A DNA stretch of 64,000 bases from an uncultured Bacteroidaceae bacterium (GCA_964599875.1 CAZRHE010000008.1:9781-73780); one strand, 5' to 3'; shown: positions 44,124 to 55,425, counted from the first letter of the stretch. The notes: generated from the sequence alone by a model not told the origin. Made by a program: numbers and translations.

Positions 44124-44386
44124 TCCATTTGTCGTTCCGCCTCTAAAAAGGTTTTGCCTCTAAACAACTTTGTTTCAAGGAAAACGTTGACACATTTTTC
44201 GGGAGTCGATGCAGAGTGTTCCCAAACATATCCGTCGACCGTAGGAGCCCATTGTTGTAAGCCAAGCCAATATTGCTTATCGCTCCACCATCCTTGTATC
44301 ATATATTTGTGGTCTTCATATACAAAAATGTTTTCTGTTCCATAATACAAATCGTCAATGAATTGTTTTACGTCCCCGTTTATCAT
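44108..44386 (-). CDS. Small Trp-rich hypothetical protein
   Basis: 92 aa (MINGDVKQFIDDLYYGTENIFVYEDHKYMIQGWWSDKQYWLGLQQWAP...). I recognise no family. The local DNA is A/T-rich. Confidence 0.4.
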   Translation of the reverse strand: MINGDVKQFIDDLYYGTENIFVYEDHKYMIQGWWSDKQYWLGLQQWAPTVDGYVWEHSASTPEKCVNVFLETKLFRGKTFLEAERQMEWVDY

Positions 44387-44573
44387 CTTTTTGGCACTCC
44401 TATAAAGTATTTATTGTATCTAGCGTACTCTTCATTATTTTAGTACGCCATATTTAACCATTTGATTGTATACAAATATCATGTCATGATTCTTTTTTCT
44501 TGTAAATGATTTTCTCATTTTTTGGGTTAAAAATTTTTAAGTGAATTTTCCAAGTAAAAATGGTCAAAATCGT

Positions 44574-44602
44574 TTGACATTGTCTGCGCGAATGATTATT
44601 AT
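44574..44602 (+). promoter_or_regulatory. Sigma70 promoter of rplJL
   Basis: TTGACA (44574-44579), a 17-nt spacer, then TATTAT (44597-44602). Confidence 0.6.
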
Positions 44603-44608
44603 ATATTC

Positions 44609-44753
44609 GTTTCCAAAGACAGCAAGTGGACTTTGTCCGTAAGCGTGGCGCTTGCCGAGGATGAACTGAATACGTACTTGTATCGTGTGTCATTCCGTCT
44701 TTGGAGTGGCATTTTTAATATCCGACGCGGTCGGAAATAAATAGGAGGTAAAA
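44609..44753 (+). promoter_or_regulatory. Probable ribosomal protein L10 leader (autoregulatory 5' UTR)
   Basis: A ~145-nt leader lies between the promoter and the rplJ ATG. It is relatively GC-rich with hairpins (for example CCGAC gcg GTCGG at 44721-44733) just before AGGAGG. The call rests on position and length fitting the L10 leader; covariance was not checked. Confidence 0.4.
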
Positions 44754-45263
44754 ATGGCATCCAAAGAAATTCTTGAACAAAAGGCTCAACACGTTGAAGA
44801 AATCAAAAGCAAGATTTCCGCGGCAAAAGGTCTTGTGGTCATCGACTATATGGGACTCACCGTCGCAGAAGACACCGCTTTCCGTAAGGATTTGAGAACC
44901 GCAGGCGTGCACTATCAAGTTCTCAAAAACCGCCTCGTCCAACGCGCATTCAACGAACTCGGTTACAACCAATTCGACGAAGCACTCAACGGACCTACGG
45001 CAATCGCATTCTCTGACACCGATGCGACCGTCCCTGCGAAAGTTATCTTCGACAACATCAAAAAGTTCAACAAGATGAAGGCGAAATGCGGTATGGTCGA
45101 AGGCGAATACCTCGACGATAAAGGCATCAAAGAAATCGCATCCATCCCGTCCAGAGAAATCCTTCTCTCCAAGATGCTCGGAAGCATGCAGGCACCCATC
45201 AGCGGACTCGCTCGCGTCCTCAGCAGAATTGCGGAAGCGCAAGAACAACAAGCACAAGGCTAA
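44754..45263 (+). CDS. rplJ: 50S ribosomal protein L10
   Basis: 169 aa; MASKEILEQKAQHVEEIKSKI...GLVVIDYMGLTVAEDTAFRKDLR is canonical L10. Confidence 0.95.
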   Translation: MASKEILEQKAQHVEEIKSKISAAKGLVVIDYMGLTVAEDTAFRKDLRTAGVHYQVLKNRLVQRAFNELGYNQFDEALNGPTAIAFSDTDATVPAKVIFDNIKKFNKMKAKCGMVEGEYLDDKGIKEIASIPSREILLSKMLGSMQAPISGLARVLSRIAEAQEQQAQG

Positions 45264-45323
45264 TAAGCCACTCAAAAATCGGGCATACGCCCACAATAAT
45301 TATTTAATAAGGAGTATATAACA

Positions 45324-45695
45324 ATGGCAGATATCCAAAAACTTATGGAAGAAATCAAAAGCATGACCGTTCTCGAACTCAACAACTTCGTGAAAGCACT
45401 TGAAGAAGAATTCGGCGTCAGCGCAGCAGCACCCGTAGCAGTCGTCGCAGGAGCAGCAGAAGCAGCACCCGCAGAAGAAGAAAAGACCGAATTTGACGTC
45501 GTCCTCAAAGAAATCGGCGCAAACAAAGTCCAAGTCATCAAAGTCGTCAAAGAAGCAACCGGACTCGGCCTCGTCGAAGCAAAAGCAGTCGTCGACGGAG
45601 CACCCAAGACCGTCAAAGAACAACTCCCCAAAGCGGATGCAGAAGCACTCGTCGAGAAGTTCAAAGCAGCAGGCGCAGTCGCAGAACTCAAGTAA
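45324..45695 (+). CDS. rplL: 50S ribosomal protein L7/L12
   Basis: 123 aa; an Ala-rich hinge followed by [28 protein letters not shown]. Confidence 0.95.
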   Translation: MADIQKLMEEIKSMTVLELNNFVKALEEEFGVSAAAPVAVVAGAAEAAPAEEEKTEFDVVLKEIGANKVQVIKVVKEATGLGLVEAKAVVDGAPKTVKEQLPKADAEALVEKFKAAGAVAELK

Positions 45696-45722
45696 TTCAA
45701 CCCTACAAAACCCAACAAAAAA

Positions 45723-45746
45723 CCTCGCATCCCTGCGAGGTTTTTT
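45723..45746 (+). terminator. Intrinsic terminator of rplJL
   Basis: cctcgca / tccc / tgcgagg followed by TTTTTT. Confidence 0.7.
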
Positions 45747-45784
45747 GTTGCTCGTTTTCTTTGTATTGCTCTCTTTTTTATAGA

Positions 45785-45814
45785 AAAAATCCCGACGGTG
45801 AGGTCGGGATTTTT
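45785..45814. terminator. Bidirectional terminator (serves rplKA on the minus strand)
   Basis: aaaaatcccgac / ggtgag / gtcgggattttt forms a 12-bp stem, 16 nt from the rplA stop. Confidence 0.7.
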
Positions 45815-45829
45815 GTTTGGGTGCGGTTA

Positions 45830-46516
45830 TTAGCCGATTTTGCAGTTGATTTTGATGGAGGGACCCATGGTGGAGGCAATGTAGACGGACTTGAAGTAAG
45901 TGCCTTTTGCCGCTGCGGGTTTCGCCTTCAAAAGTGCGTCCATAACGGTGTTGTAGTTTTCCGCGAGTTTTTCGGGGCCGAAAGACTTCTTGCCGATGGG
46001 GACGTGCACGATGGATTGTTTGTCGAGTCTGTATTCGACTTTACCTGCTTTGATGTCGTGGACTGCTTTTGCGACGTCCATGGTGACGGTACCGGACTTG
46101 GGGTTAGGCATCAAGCCTTTAGGTCCGAGGACTCTTGCGATACGACCGACGATACTCATGACGTCGGGGGTTGCGACGACTGCGTCGAATTCAAGCCAGT
46201 TTTCGGTTTGGATCTTTTGGATCATATCTTCTGCACCGACGTAATCTGCGCCTGCCGCGAGTGCTTGGTCTGCTTTCTCGCCCTTTGCGATGACGAGGAC
46301 GCGGACGGTTTTACCGGTTCCGTTGGGGAGGACGCATACGCCACGGACTTGTTGGTCCGCTTTACGACCGTCGACACCGAGTTTGCAGTGAAGTTCTATA
46401 GTTTCATCGAATTTGGATTTTGCAGTTTGGATTGCGAGTTCGATTGCTTCGTTGCTGTCGTACGCCTTGTTTTCGATGAGTTTTTTGCTATCTACGTAAT
46501 TTTTACCGCGTTTCAT
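45830..46516 (-). CDS. rplA: 50S ribosomal protein L1
   Basis: 228 aa; ...[19 protein letters not shown]...[16 protein letters not shown] is canonical L1. Confidence 0.95.
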   Translation of the reverse strand: MKRGKNYVDSKKLIENKAYDSNEAIELAIQTAKSKFDETIELHCKLGVDGRKADQQVRGVCVLPNGTGKTVRVLVIAKGEKADQALAAGADYVGAEDMIQKIQTENWLEFDAVVATPDVMSIVGRIARVLGPKGLMPNPKSGTVTMDVAKAVHDIKAGKVEYRLDKQSIVHVPIGKKSFGPEKLAENYNTVMDALLKAKPAAAKGTYFKSVYIASTMGPSIKINCKIG

Positions 46517-46526
46517 ATCTGCCTCC

Positions 46527-46952
46527 TTATTCTTCGACGAGGATACCCATGCTACGTGCGGTACCTGCGATCATGCTCATTGCAGATTCGACGTTTGCAG
46601 CATTAAGGTCTGCCATTTTGAGTTCCGCGATTTCTTTGCATTGTGCTTTGGTAAGGGTTGCGACTTTGTCCTTGTTGGGACGACCGGACGCAGTTTCGAT
46701 ACCGCAAGCCTTCTTGATAAGAACGGGCGCGGGAGGGGTCTTCATAATGAAGGTGAAGGAACGATCCTGATAGATGGTGATGACTACAGGAATGATAAGG
46801 CCTGCTTGTTTTGCGGTCTTTTCATTGAATTCCTTGGTGAATGCGGGAATATTGATGCCGTGAGGACCGAGGGAAGAACCTACGGGAGGTCCCGGAGTCG
46901 CTTTGCCGGCAGGAAGTTGCAGTTTGACAACTGCGGTGATTTTTTTAGCCAT
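46527..46952 (-). CDS. rplK: 50S ribosomal protein L11
   Basis: 141 aa; [35 protein letters not shown]. Confidence 0.95.
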   Translation of the reverse strand: MAKKITAVVKLQLPAGKATPGPPVGSSLGPHGINIPAFTKEFNEKTAKQAGLIIPVVITIYQDRSFTFIMKTPPAPVLIKKACGIETASGRPNKDKVATLTKAQCKEIAELKMADLNAANVESAMSMIAGTARSMGILVEE

Positions 46953-47050
46953 ATATCCTCCTGACTAACGTGGTTTGACGGAAACGGATTGGGATTTGTT
47001 TCCTCCCACTTTGACCGAATGGTCTTTCGTCTTATGCGGGAATCCGCAAC

Positions 47051-47605
47051 TCACAATTTTTCGATTTGCGAGGGGTCAAGTTCGATGGGGGTAGAACGCC
47101 CGAACATCTCGACGATGACTTTGACCTTTTGTTTTTCTGCGCTGATTGAGTCGACGACACCGCTGAAATTTTCAAGTGCGCCGTCAATGATTTTCACGTA
47201 GTCGCCCACTTCGATATCGATTTCGCTCGTGGTAACGACTTCGAGTTTGTTGCGTCTGACTTCGTCGTCCGTAATAGGAAGAGGTCTGCCTTTAGGGCCG
47301 CAAAAACCGGTTACGCCTTCGGTGCTGGTGACGAATTGCCACACTTCGTCCGAATAAATCATTTTGATGAACACGTAGTTCGGCATTTTTTTGCGTTGAA
47401 CGACTTTTCTCTTTCCGTCCTTTTCGACGACTTCGTCTTCATAAAGGATGATGGGAGCGCCAAAGATATAATCCTTGAATTTGGGATTGCGGTCAAGTTT
47501 ATTCGTCATATCGCGCACGACGCTTGCTTCGCAACCGGATTTGGTATGAAGAACGTACCAATAAGGCTTTTTATCATTTTTTATTTCATCACGGTTTTCA
47601 TCCAT
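47051..47605 (-). CDS. nusG: Transcription termination/antitermination factor NusG
   Basis: 184 aa; WYVLHTKSGCE (NGN domain) plus a C-terminal KOW (VGDYVKIIDGALENFSGVV). Confidence 0.93.
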   Translation of the reverse strand: MDENRDEIKNDKKPYWYVLHTKSGCEASVVRDMTNKLDRNPKFKDYIFGAPIILYEDEVVEKDGKRKVVQRKKMPNYVFIKMIYSDEVWQFVTSTEGVTGFCGPKGRPLPITDDEVRRNKLEVVTTSEIDIEVGDYVKIIDGALENFSGVVDSISAEKQKVKVIVEMFGRSTPIELDPSQIEKL

Positions 47606-47616
47606 AATGCGCTCTC

Positions 47617-47976
47617 CTATTTAATAAACATATACGTCCATTCACCGGAAACGATAAGGCCGAAAATACCCGACAATACGTAGTCGATGATGAGTAGCAC
47701 CAAGAAGAATGCGACGACGACGGTCAAAACAACCGCGGTATTTTTGACGACGTCCTTTCCACCCGGCCAAGTAACCTTTTTGAGTTCGGACCAAACGCCT
47801 TTTATACCCTTCCACATTCTTTTGAAAATATTGGGTTTATCGGATTTTGATTTTGCCGTTTTCTTGGACTTCTTTTGAGGGGCTGCTTTATCATCCGCCG
47901 AAATGACCGGAACTTCCAGTTCGGAGTTCATTTTTTTAGAAGTATTCGCTTCATTTTTGGGCGTTTTCTTTGCCAT
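47617..47976 (-). CDS. secE: Preprotein translocase subunit SecE (with a long Lys-rich N-terminal extension)
   Basis: 119 aa. The C-terminal ELKKVTWPGGKDVVKNTAVVLTVVVAFFLVLLIIDYV is the SecE TM signature. It sits between rpmG and nusG. Confidence 0.85.
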   Translation of the reverse strand: MAKKTPKNEANTSKKMNSELEVPVISADDKAAPQKKSKKTAKSKSDKPNIFKRMWKGIKGVWSELKKVTWPGGKDVVKNTAVVLTVVVAFFLVLLIIDYVLSGIFGLIVSGEWTYMFIK

Positions 47977-47989
47977 GTTGCCTCCTGCC

Positions 47990-48154
47990 TTACTTCGTTT
48001 CTCTGTGCAAGGTGTGTTTTTTGCAGAATCTGCAGTATTTCATAAGCTCCATCCTATCGGGATGTTTTTGCTTATTTTTTTTGAGATTGTAGTTACGTTG
48101 TTTGCACTCGGTGCAAGCAAGGGTAACTCTGACTCTTGCGTCTTTTTGAGCCAT
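47990..48154 (-). CDS. rpmG: 50S ribosomal protein L33
   Basis: This gene is not in the ORF track (54 aa). My translation is [54 protein letters not shown]. It has the Zn-ribbon CxxC...CxxC, ATG at 48152-48154 after GGAGGC, and TAA at 47990-47992. Confidence 0.85.
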   Translation of the reverse strand: MAQKDARVRVTLACTECKQRNYNLKKNKQKHPDRMELMKYCRFCKKHTLHRETK

Positions 48155-48243
48155 AATAGCCTCCTTGTTGATGCATTCTTTTCATAGGCATACCCTACAC
48201 GGCTATTCGCCGTGCAGGATATATCGCTATTTGGAAAGAACAA

Positions 48244-49449
<1,206 letters not shown>

Positions 49450-49549
49450 ATTTGTTTCCTCCAAATATATTGTTGTTTTTGGCTTTTAGATTTATTTCGG
49501 AAAGATATATTATCCTCTATATATTAATTATTATATATAAGATTCAATA

Positions 49550-51625
49550 TTATCTTCTTCCCGTGACTTTGTCCGCGATGCTCTTCGGCACTTCTGCAAA
49601 GTGGTCGAACAACATCGTGAAGTTTCCTCTCCCTTGAGTGATGCTACGGAGAGTGGTCGCATATCCGAACATTTCGGACAAAGGCGCGGTGCAATCGATG
49701 GATTGTACGCTCCCCTTCGGCTCGATGCCCTGCACGTTTCCTCTTCTGGAGTTAATATTGCTGAGCACGTCCCCGAGGTATTCGTCCGGAACGAGGACTT
49801 CGACCTTCATAATGGGTTCGAGAAGGACGGGCGAGGCTTTTTCTGCGGCTTCTCTGAATGCGAGAGTGCCCGCAATCTTGAACGCCATTTCGCTCGAGTC
49901 GACTTCGTGCATACTGCCGTCGACGAGTCTTGCCTTGAAGTCTACGCATTCGTATCCTGCAAGGACGCCTGCTTTCGCCGCTTCTTTCACGCCTTCGCAA
50001 ACCGCGTTTGCAAATTCTTTGGTGACCACGCCGCCGACCGTTTCGTTGGTGAACTCGAATCCGCCTTCGGGATTGGGTTCGAGAATAATCGTACAATCGC
50101 CGTATTGTCCGTGACCGCCCGTCTGTCTGACGAATTTGCCTTGCGCTTTTGCGGTTTTGGTGATGGTTTCGCGATAACTGACTTGGGGTTTGCCGACGTT
50201 TGCCTCGACCTTGAATTCACGGAACATTCTGTCCACGATGATTTCGAGGTGAAGTTCGCCCATTCCCGCGATGAGGATTTGTCCCGTATCTGCGTCCGTG
50301 TACGCCTTGAAAGTGGGGTCTTCTTCTTGCAACTTAACGATTGCGTTCGTAAGTCTTTCTTGGCTGGCTTTGGACTTGGGCTCGATTGCCATCTTGATGA
50401 CGGGCTCGGGAAATTCCATGTTTTCGAGGACGATCTGATGTCCCTTGTCACAAAGAGTATCTCCCGTCGTGCTTGCCTTCATGCCTACGAGAGCGACTAT
50501 ATCTCCCGCATACGCCTCGGTCATATCCTCTCTTTCGTCCGCGTTCATGCGAAGGATTCTTCCTATGCGTTCGTTGGTGTTCTTAATTGAATTGTACACC
50601 ATCATTCCCGTCTTTATGGAACCCGAATAGATTCTGATGAATTCGAGTTTTCCGACGAAAGGATCGGTGAGAATCTTGAACACGAGCGCGCTGAACGGTT
50701 CGTCGTCGCCGGGGTGTCTGGTTTCTTCTCTATCGACTCTGGGATTGGTGCCCGTGATAGAGTCGACGTCGACGGGGCTCGGCAAAAAGTCGATTATCGC
50801 ATCGAGAAGTTTTTGGATGCCCTTGTTGCGGTAAGAACTGCCGCAAAGCACGGGGGTCATCTTCATCTCGATAGTCCCCTTGCGAATCGCTTGTTTCAAT
50901 TCGTCGAGGGTGATAGAGTCCATTTCGTCCGAAATGCATTTTTCGAAAATGGAATCGCTGAAATCCGAAACTACGTCGAGCAATCTTTGTCTTGCTTCTT
51001 CATACTCGGATTGCATATTCGCGGGGATATCGTCCTCACGAGCGTTCAGCCCGTTGTCGGCGTCGTCGTAATAAAACGCTCTGCCGGTGAGCACGTCCAC
51101 TATTCCGCGGAATTCGTTTTCACTTCCGATAGGCAATTCGATGGGGACGGCGTTGGTGTGAAGTCTTTCGTGCATCATCTTGATGACGTTGCCGAAATTC
51201 GCGCCGTTGATGTCCATCTTATTGACGAATGCGATACGAGGGACTCTATAAGTATCCGCTTGTCGCCATACGTTTTCGGACTGAGGTTCGACTCCGCCCT
51301 TTGCGCAGAAAACGGCGACCGCGCCGTCGAGTACGCGAAGACTGCGTTCGACTTCAACGGTGAAGTCTACGTGTCCCGGCGTATCGATAATGTTGATTTG
51401 ATGGCCTTTCCACGTGGTCGTAGTCGCGGCGGACGTAATGGTTATACCGCGCTCGCGCTCCTGCGCCATGTAATCCATAAAAGCAGAACCGTCGTGCACT
51501 TCACCGACTTTACGTATCATTCCGGTATAGAAAAGCATACGCTCGGTCGTCGTAGTCTTGCCGGCGTCTATGTGTGCCATTACGCCGATATTTCTAACGT
51601 TTTTAAGTGCATAAGTTCTTGCCAT
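49550..51625 (-). CDS. fusA: Elongation factor G
   Basis: 691 aa; [33 protein letters not shown]. Confidence 0.97.
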   Translation of the reverse strand: MARTYALKNVRNIGVMAHIDAGKTTTTERMLFYTGMIRKVGEVHDGSAFMDYMAQERERGITITSAATTTTWKGHQINIIDTPGHVDFTVEVERSLRVLDGAVAVFCAKGGVEPQSENVWRQADTYRVPRIAFVNKMDINGANFGNVIKMMHERLHTNAVPIELPIGSENEFRGIVDVLTGRAFYYDDADNGLNAREDDIPANMQSEYEEARQRLLDVVSDFSDSIFEKCISDEMDSITLDELKQAIRKGTIEMKMTPVLCGSSYRNKGIQKLLDAIIDFLPSPVDVDSITGTNPRVDREETRHPGDDEPFSALVFKILTDPFVGKLEFIRIYSGSIKTGMMVYNSIKNTNERIGRILRMNADEREDMTEAYAGDIVALVGMKASTTGDTLCDKGHQIVLENMEFPEPVIKMAIEPKSKASQERLTNAIVKLQEEDPTFKAYTDADTGQILIAGMGELHLEIIVDRMFREFKVEANVGKPQVSYRETITKTAKAQGKFVRQTGGHGQYGDCTIILEPNPEGGFEFTNETVGGVVTKEFANAVCEGVKEAAKAGVLAGYECVDFKARLVDGSMHEVDSSEMAFKIAGTLAFREAAEKASPVLLEPIMKVEVLVPDEYLGDVLSNINSRRGNVQGIEPKGSVQSIDCTAPLSEMFGYATTLRSITQGRGNFTMLFDHFAEVPKSIADKVTGRR

Positions 51626-51631
51626 TTTATA

Positions 51632-52102
51632 CTACCATCTATAGTGTGCAAACGCTTTGTTTGCTTCTGCCATACGGTGCATTTCGTCCTTCCTCTTGAC
51701 TGCGCCGCCGGTGCCGTTGAATGCGTCCATGAGTTCGCCTGCAAGACGTTCTTTCATGGTCTTTTCACTGCGCTTACGTGCAAAGTCGACTATCCATCTG
51801 ATTGCGAGGGTTTGTCTTCTTTCGGGACGGATTTCCATAGGAACTTGATAGGTGCTGCCGCCGACTCTTCTTGCTTTGACTTCGAGTTGGGGTTTTGCGT
51901 TTTCAAGTGCTTTGTCGAAAACTTCGATTGCTTCGACATTGAGTTTTTTCGCTGCTATTTCGAGTGCCTCGTAAACGATGGTTTGCGCGGTTCCCTTCTT
52001 GCCGTCGAGCATAACTTGGTTGATAAGTTTTGCAAGCACGACGCTACCGTATACGGGATCGGGCAATACGTCTCTTTTGGGCACGCCACTTCTTCTAGGC
52101 AT
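51632..52102 (-). CDS. rpsG: 30S ribosomal protein S7
   Basis: 156 aa; [20 protein letters not shown]... Confidence 0.97.
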   Translation of the reverse strand: MPRRSGVPKRDVLPDPVYGSVVLAKLINQVMLDGKKGTAQTIVYEALEIAAKKLNVEAIEVFDKALENAKPQLEVKARRVGGSTYQVPMEIRPERRQTLAIRWIVDFARKRSEKTMKERLAGELMDAFNGTGGAVKRKDEMHRMAEANKAFAHYRW

Positions 52103-52140
52103 AATAAACCTCCTGGGTAATTAATTTACATTCGAATTTG

Positions 52141-52512
52141 TTATTTGGGGCGTTTTGCACCATACTTGGATCTTGCCTGATTGCGTTTTGCAACGCCTGC
52201 AGTATCAAGAGCACCACGAATGATGTGATAACGCACACCGGGCAGGTCCTTGACACGTCCGCCTCTGATAAGAACGACACTGTGTTCTTGCAGATTGTGG
52301 CCGATGCCGGGGATGTAGACAGTACCTTCCATACCGTTCACAAGACGTACTCTTGCGATTTTACGGAGAGCGGAGTTAGGCTTCTTAGGGGAAGTCGTGG
52401 TAACGCTCAGGCAAATACCTCTCTTTTGAGGGCATTGCTCCATGATAGGGGTCATAGATTTCTTGACCTGTCTTTCTCTGCCTTTTCTAATCAACTGATT
52501 AATGGTTGGCAT
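52141..52512 (-). CDS. rpsL: 30S ribosomal protein S12
   Basis: I place the start at ATG 52510-52512 ([12 protein letters not shown]) after AGGAGG. The track's 13-codon extension is rejected. Confidence 0.95.
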   Translation of the reverse strand: MPTINQLIRKGRERQVKKSMTPIMEQCPQKRGICLSVTTTSPKKPNSALRKIARVRLVNGMEGTVYIPGIGHNLQEHSVVLIRGGRVKDLPGVRYHIIRGALDTAGVAKRNQARSKYGAKRPK

Positions 52513-52784
52513 TATTGTTCCTCCTATTTGATTTTTCGAATGTACCCGCAACCCTACAGGTGCAATTCAAGACTATCCCTCCGACTTCTCTTCCGCGTTG
52601 GAATTTACGCTTCGGATACGTCTTCGGCGCCCTCCGGTTAAGTCACACACCTGACCGCCCCTTCGGACAAGCCCTCGGATTCCCGCCTGCAACCGGCAGT
52701 CCTCTTCAGACTTTTGAGCATGTTCGTCGTTTTCAACCCGCGAAAATTTTCACAAGTTAAAAACTGCTTGCGGATTTTGCAAGC
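52513..52784 (-). promoter_or_regulatory. Long (~270 nt) GC-rich leader upstream of rpsL; candidate structured cis-regulatory RNA
   Basis: There is no ORF. CCGAAG occurs three times plus CCGAGG once within 90 nt, with GGTTGCRGG repeats. An early hairpin gcttgc/gcaagc (52766-52784) is followed by AGUUUUU. Confidence 0.3.
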
Positions 52785-52790
52785 GAGTTA

Positions 52791-52819
52791 AGTTTAGCAA
52801 TTATTTGAAATCGTGTCAA
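52791..52819 (-). promoter_or_regulatory. Candidate sigma70 promoter of the str operon
   Basis: Minus strand reads TTGACA (52814-52819), a 17-nt spacer, then TAAACT (52791-52796). An A/T-rich UP-like tract lies upstream (52825-52870). Confidence 0.4.
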
Positions 52820-52948
52820 ACGAATTGACGGTAAATACAAAAAAATTTTTTATCTTTATATATATAACTATATATAGCGCACAAGGCGGCTCGTCGGACA
52901 CAACGCCACCCCTACAAAAAGGGGAAAATCATATTTCCGCCGCCTATT

Positions 52949-53968
52949 TTATTTCAAAGGCACGGTCGCTTTTGCGTCTATATCGAGATTCTCGTTTGGC
53001 AAAATTCCGCCTTTTACGAGGTTATACGCCTCCGCGCCTATCATGCACGCGTTATCCGTGCAGTAGCGAAGAGAGGGATAATGCACTTCGAATCCGTCCT
53101 TTTTGAGGTCGTCTATTCTTTCGCGCAGGTATGCGTTCGCGGATACGCCGCCCGCTATCGCGACTTTCTTTATTCCCGTCCTTTCGGACGCAAGCGTCAA
53201 CACTCCGATAAGTTGCTCGACCGCATAATGCTGAAAACTCGCCGCAACGTCCGCGCGATTTATTTCCATACCCTTTTGCTCCGCGTTGTGCACGAGATTT
53301 ATGACGAAAGTTTTTAGTCCGCTGTAACTGAAATACGGCTCTTCCCCACCTTTGAAACGGGGGATGGGCATCTCTATGGACGGCTTGCCCTCTTTTGCAA
53401 GTCTTTCTATTTCGGGCCCGCCGGGATAAGGAAGTCCCAACACGCGCGCCACTTTGTCAAACGCCTCTCCCGCCGCGTCGTCGCGAGATTCCGCAATCAA
53501 ATTGAAGTTGAGATAATCCTTGACTTCCAGCACCGCGGTATGTCCTCCGCTTGCAAGCAAGCAAAGATAAGGCGGTTCGAGGTCGGAATCTATGTAATTC
53601 GCCGAAATATGTCCTTTGATATGCGAAACCGCAAACAACGGCTTGTTCCACGCATATGCGAGTCCTTTTGCAAAATTCACGCCGACGAGCAACGCGCCGA
53701 GAAGTCCTGCGCCGTAAGTCACCGCGATCGCGTCTATATCGTCGCGGGTAACTTTCGCCTTTTCAAGCGCCTCTTTCACGACGTTTTCGATTGCGAGAGT
53801 ATGATTTCTCGACGCTATTTCGGGAACGACTCCGCCGAATCTGCGGTGTATCTCTATCTGCGACGCAACGGATGAGCCGAGCACCGTCCTGCCGTCTTTG
53901 ACCACCGCCGCCGCGGTTTCGTCGCAACTGGATTCTATTGCAAGTATTACGTGAATTTCTTTTTCCAT
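52949..53968 (-). CDS. tsaD: tRNA N6-adenosine threonylcarbamoyltransferase TsaD
   Basis: 339 aa; ILAIESSCDETAAAVV, GGVSANAYLRE; Kae1/TsaD family. Confidence 0.9.
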   Translation of the reverse strand: MEKEIHVILAIESSCDETAAAVVKDGRTVLGSSVASQIEIHRRFGGVVPEIASRNHTLAIENVVKEALEKAKVTRDDIDAIAVTYGAGLLGALLVGVNFAKGLAYAWNKPLFAVSHIKGHISANYIDSDLEPPYLCLLASGGHTAVLEVKDYLNFNLIAESRDDAAGEAFDKVARVLGLPYPGGPEIERLAKEGKPSIEMPIPRFKGGEEPYFSYSGLKTFVINLVHNAEQKGMEINRADVAASFQHYAVEQLIGVLTLASERTGIKKVAIAGGVSANAYLRERIDDLKKDGFEVHYPSLRYCTDNACMIGAEAYNLVKGGILPNENLDIDAKATVPLK

Positions 53969-54162
53969 ATCTAAATTATAGCACGTCGACGCGCTTTTGC
54001 AAACACAATCCGCCTATTATCCGCTTAAAATTGCCGATTCGAACTCGATTATTCAAATTCCGAATTCAAATTCCAAAACCGCAATCGGTCGATTTCTTTT
54101 CCGCACGCGAATAAAAATCCGCACTTTAAGCAATAATCTAAAAAACTTGAAAGGAGAATAAT

Positions 54163-55425
54163 ATGGCTTACAATCCCTTTGAACAAAAAACCAAACCCGT
54201 CGAAGAAACTCTCGAAAATTGGAAACAAATCTTCGTCCCGCATTACGACAAGGACGAAACAGACCCTTATACCAAACTCCGTATCATTTTGATGAACGGA
54301 ACGGAATTCGAAGCGAATTGGTTTTCTCATCAATTCTCGCGCCACTGCCCCGACAATGACGTAAGACGTAAAATCGCCCTCGTCAGAAGAGTGGAACAAC
54401 AGCAACAGAAAAAGATATCCTCGCTGAAACCTACCGATGAAAATATTCTCGAAACCACGATAGGATACGAACAACTTGCGGTTGAACTCACCGCCAACCT
54501 CGCCCGCAGAGAAAAGGACGAATACGTGAGAGAAACTCTCAATTTTGCGCTTCTCGAAGATTTCGACCACCTTTATCGGTTTTCTAACCTGCTCAAAATG
54601 GAATACGGCGTCGACGCCGCAGACCTCGTCGCACGCAGAACGGAAATCATTCCCGGACGCCCCACAGTGTCCGAACACCGCTTCCCCTACGACGACGTGC
54701 GCAAGCATATAGACGCAAAAACCGCAAGCCCGATAACCCGCTTAAACGCTTGCATAATCACGGCGGCGGAACAACAAACCATGAACTTCTATATGAACGT
54801 GGGCAACACCTATCCCACCGAAATCGGCAGAAAAACGTACGGCGAAATCGCAATGATCGAAGAACAACACGTCACCGAATACGGTTGCCTTAACGACGTC
54901 AATCGCACTTGGTTTGCAAGTTTCCTCGAGCACGAATACGCCGAGTGTTATCTCTATTGGTCTTGCGTAGGCGACGAAAAAGACGAGCGCATAAGAAGGA
55001 TATGGCAAACTTGCCTCGACCAAGAACTCGCACATCTAAAAGTCGCCGCCGAACTCCTCGAAAAATACGAGGGCAAAAAATATACCGACGTGTTCCCCGA
55101 ACCCGAATTTCCCGAACCAGTCACCTTTGGGCAAGACAATATCGACTACGTCCGCACGATTCTCAAAAAGACCGCCTATTACACCGCGGTCGAAGAAGGC
55201 TACGCCGACGTCAGAGATCTCGACGAAAACTACGAGTTTTTCAAATGGCAGGAAAAATTGAACGGCGACGGCGAAAACAACCCCACCCACAAAGTCATAG
55301 AAACCTATATCGGCAAATACGGCGAAGACTACCGCTACGAAACGGCGAAACACCCCGTCAAAGAACTCCAATCCCGCACCTCCGACAACCTCACCGTCGG
55401 CAGAACCACCGCCCATTCCCACTAA
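54163..55425 (+). CDS. Ferritin-like / di-iron-carboxylate superfamily protein (420 aa), function unknown
   Basis: RBS AAAGGAG is present. Metal-ligand-like motifs sit in helical context: EEQH (MIEEQHVTEY), ELAH (DQELAHLKV), DFDH and LEHE. Confidence 0.5.
   Translation: MAYNPFEQKTKPVEETLENWKQIFVPHYDKDETDPYTKLRIILMNGTEFEANWFSHQFSRHCPDNDVRRKIALVRRVEQQQQKKISSLKPTDENILETTIGYEQLAVELTANLARREKDEYVRETLNFALLEDFDHLYRFSNLLKMEYGVDAADLVARRTEIIPGRPTVSEHRFPYDDVRKHIDAKTASPITRLNACIITAAEQQTMNFYMNVGNTYPTEIGRKTYGEIAMIEEQHVTEYGCLNDVNRTWFASFLEHEYAECYLYWSCVGDEKDERIRRIWQTCLDQELAHLKVAAELLEKYEGKKYTDVFPEPEFPEPVTFGQDNIDYVRTILKKTAYYTAVEEGYADVRDLDENYEFFKWQEKLNGDGENNPTHKVIETYIGKYGEDYRYETAKHPVKELQSRTSDNLTVGRTTAHSH

Noticed and set aside
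44715-46606. Antisense ORFs across rplJ, rplL and rplA (44715-45296 minus, 45272-45730 minus, 45761-46606 plus)
   Set aside because: They lie opposite unmistakable ribosomal-protein genes and give low-complexity translations. This is the same antisense-frame artefact caused by codon bias. The same applies to 54049-54708, 49601-52120 and 56714-58567.
52560-52740. GC-rich rpsL-upstream segment as an SRP RNA, RNase P RNA, tmRNA or 6S RNA gene
   Set aside because: I looked on both strands for the SRP domain-IV core (GGUCCGGAAGGAAGCAGC), the RNase P GAGGAAAGUCC box and tmRNA tRNA-like ends. Only a weak GGTCAGGT...CCGGAGG resemblance exists. It is kept as an unassigned leader candidate.
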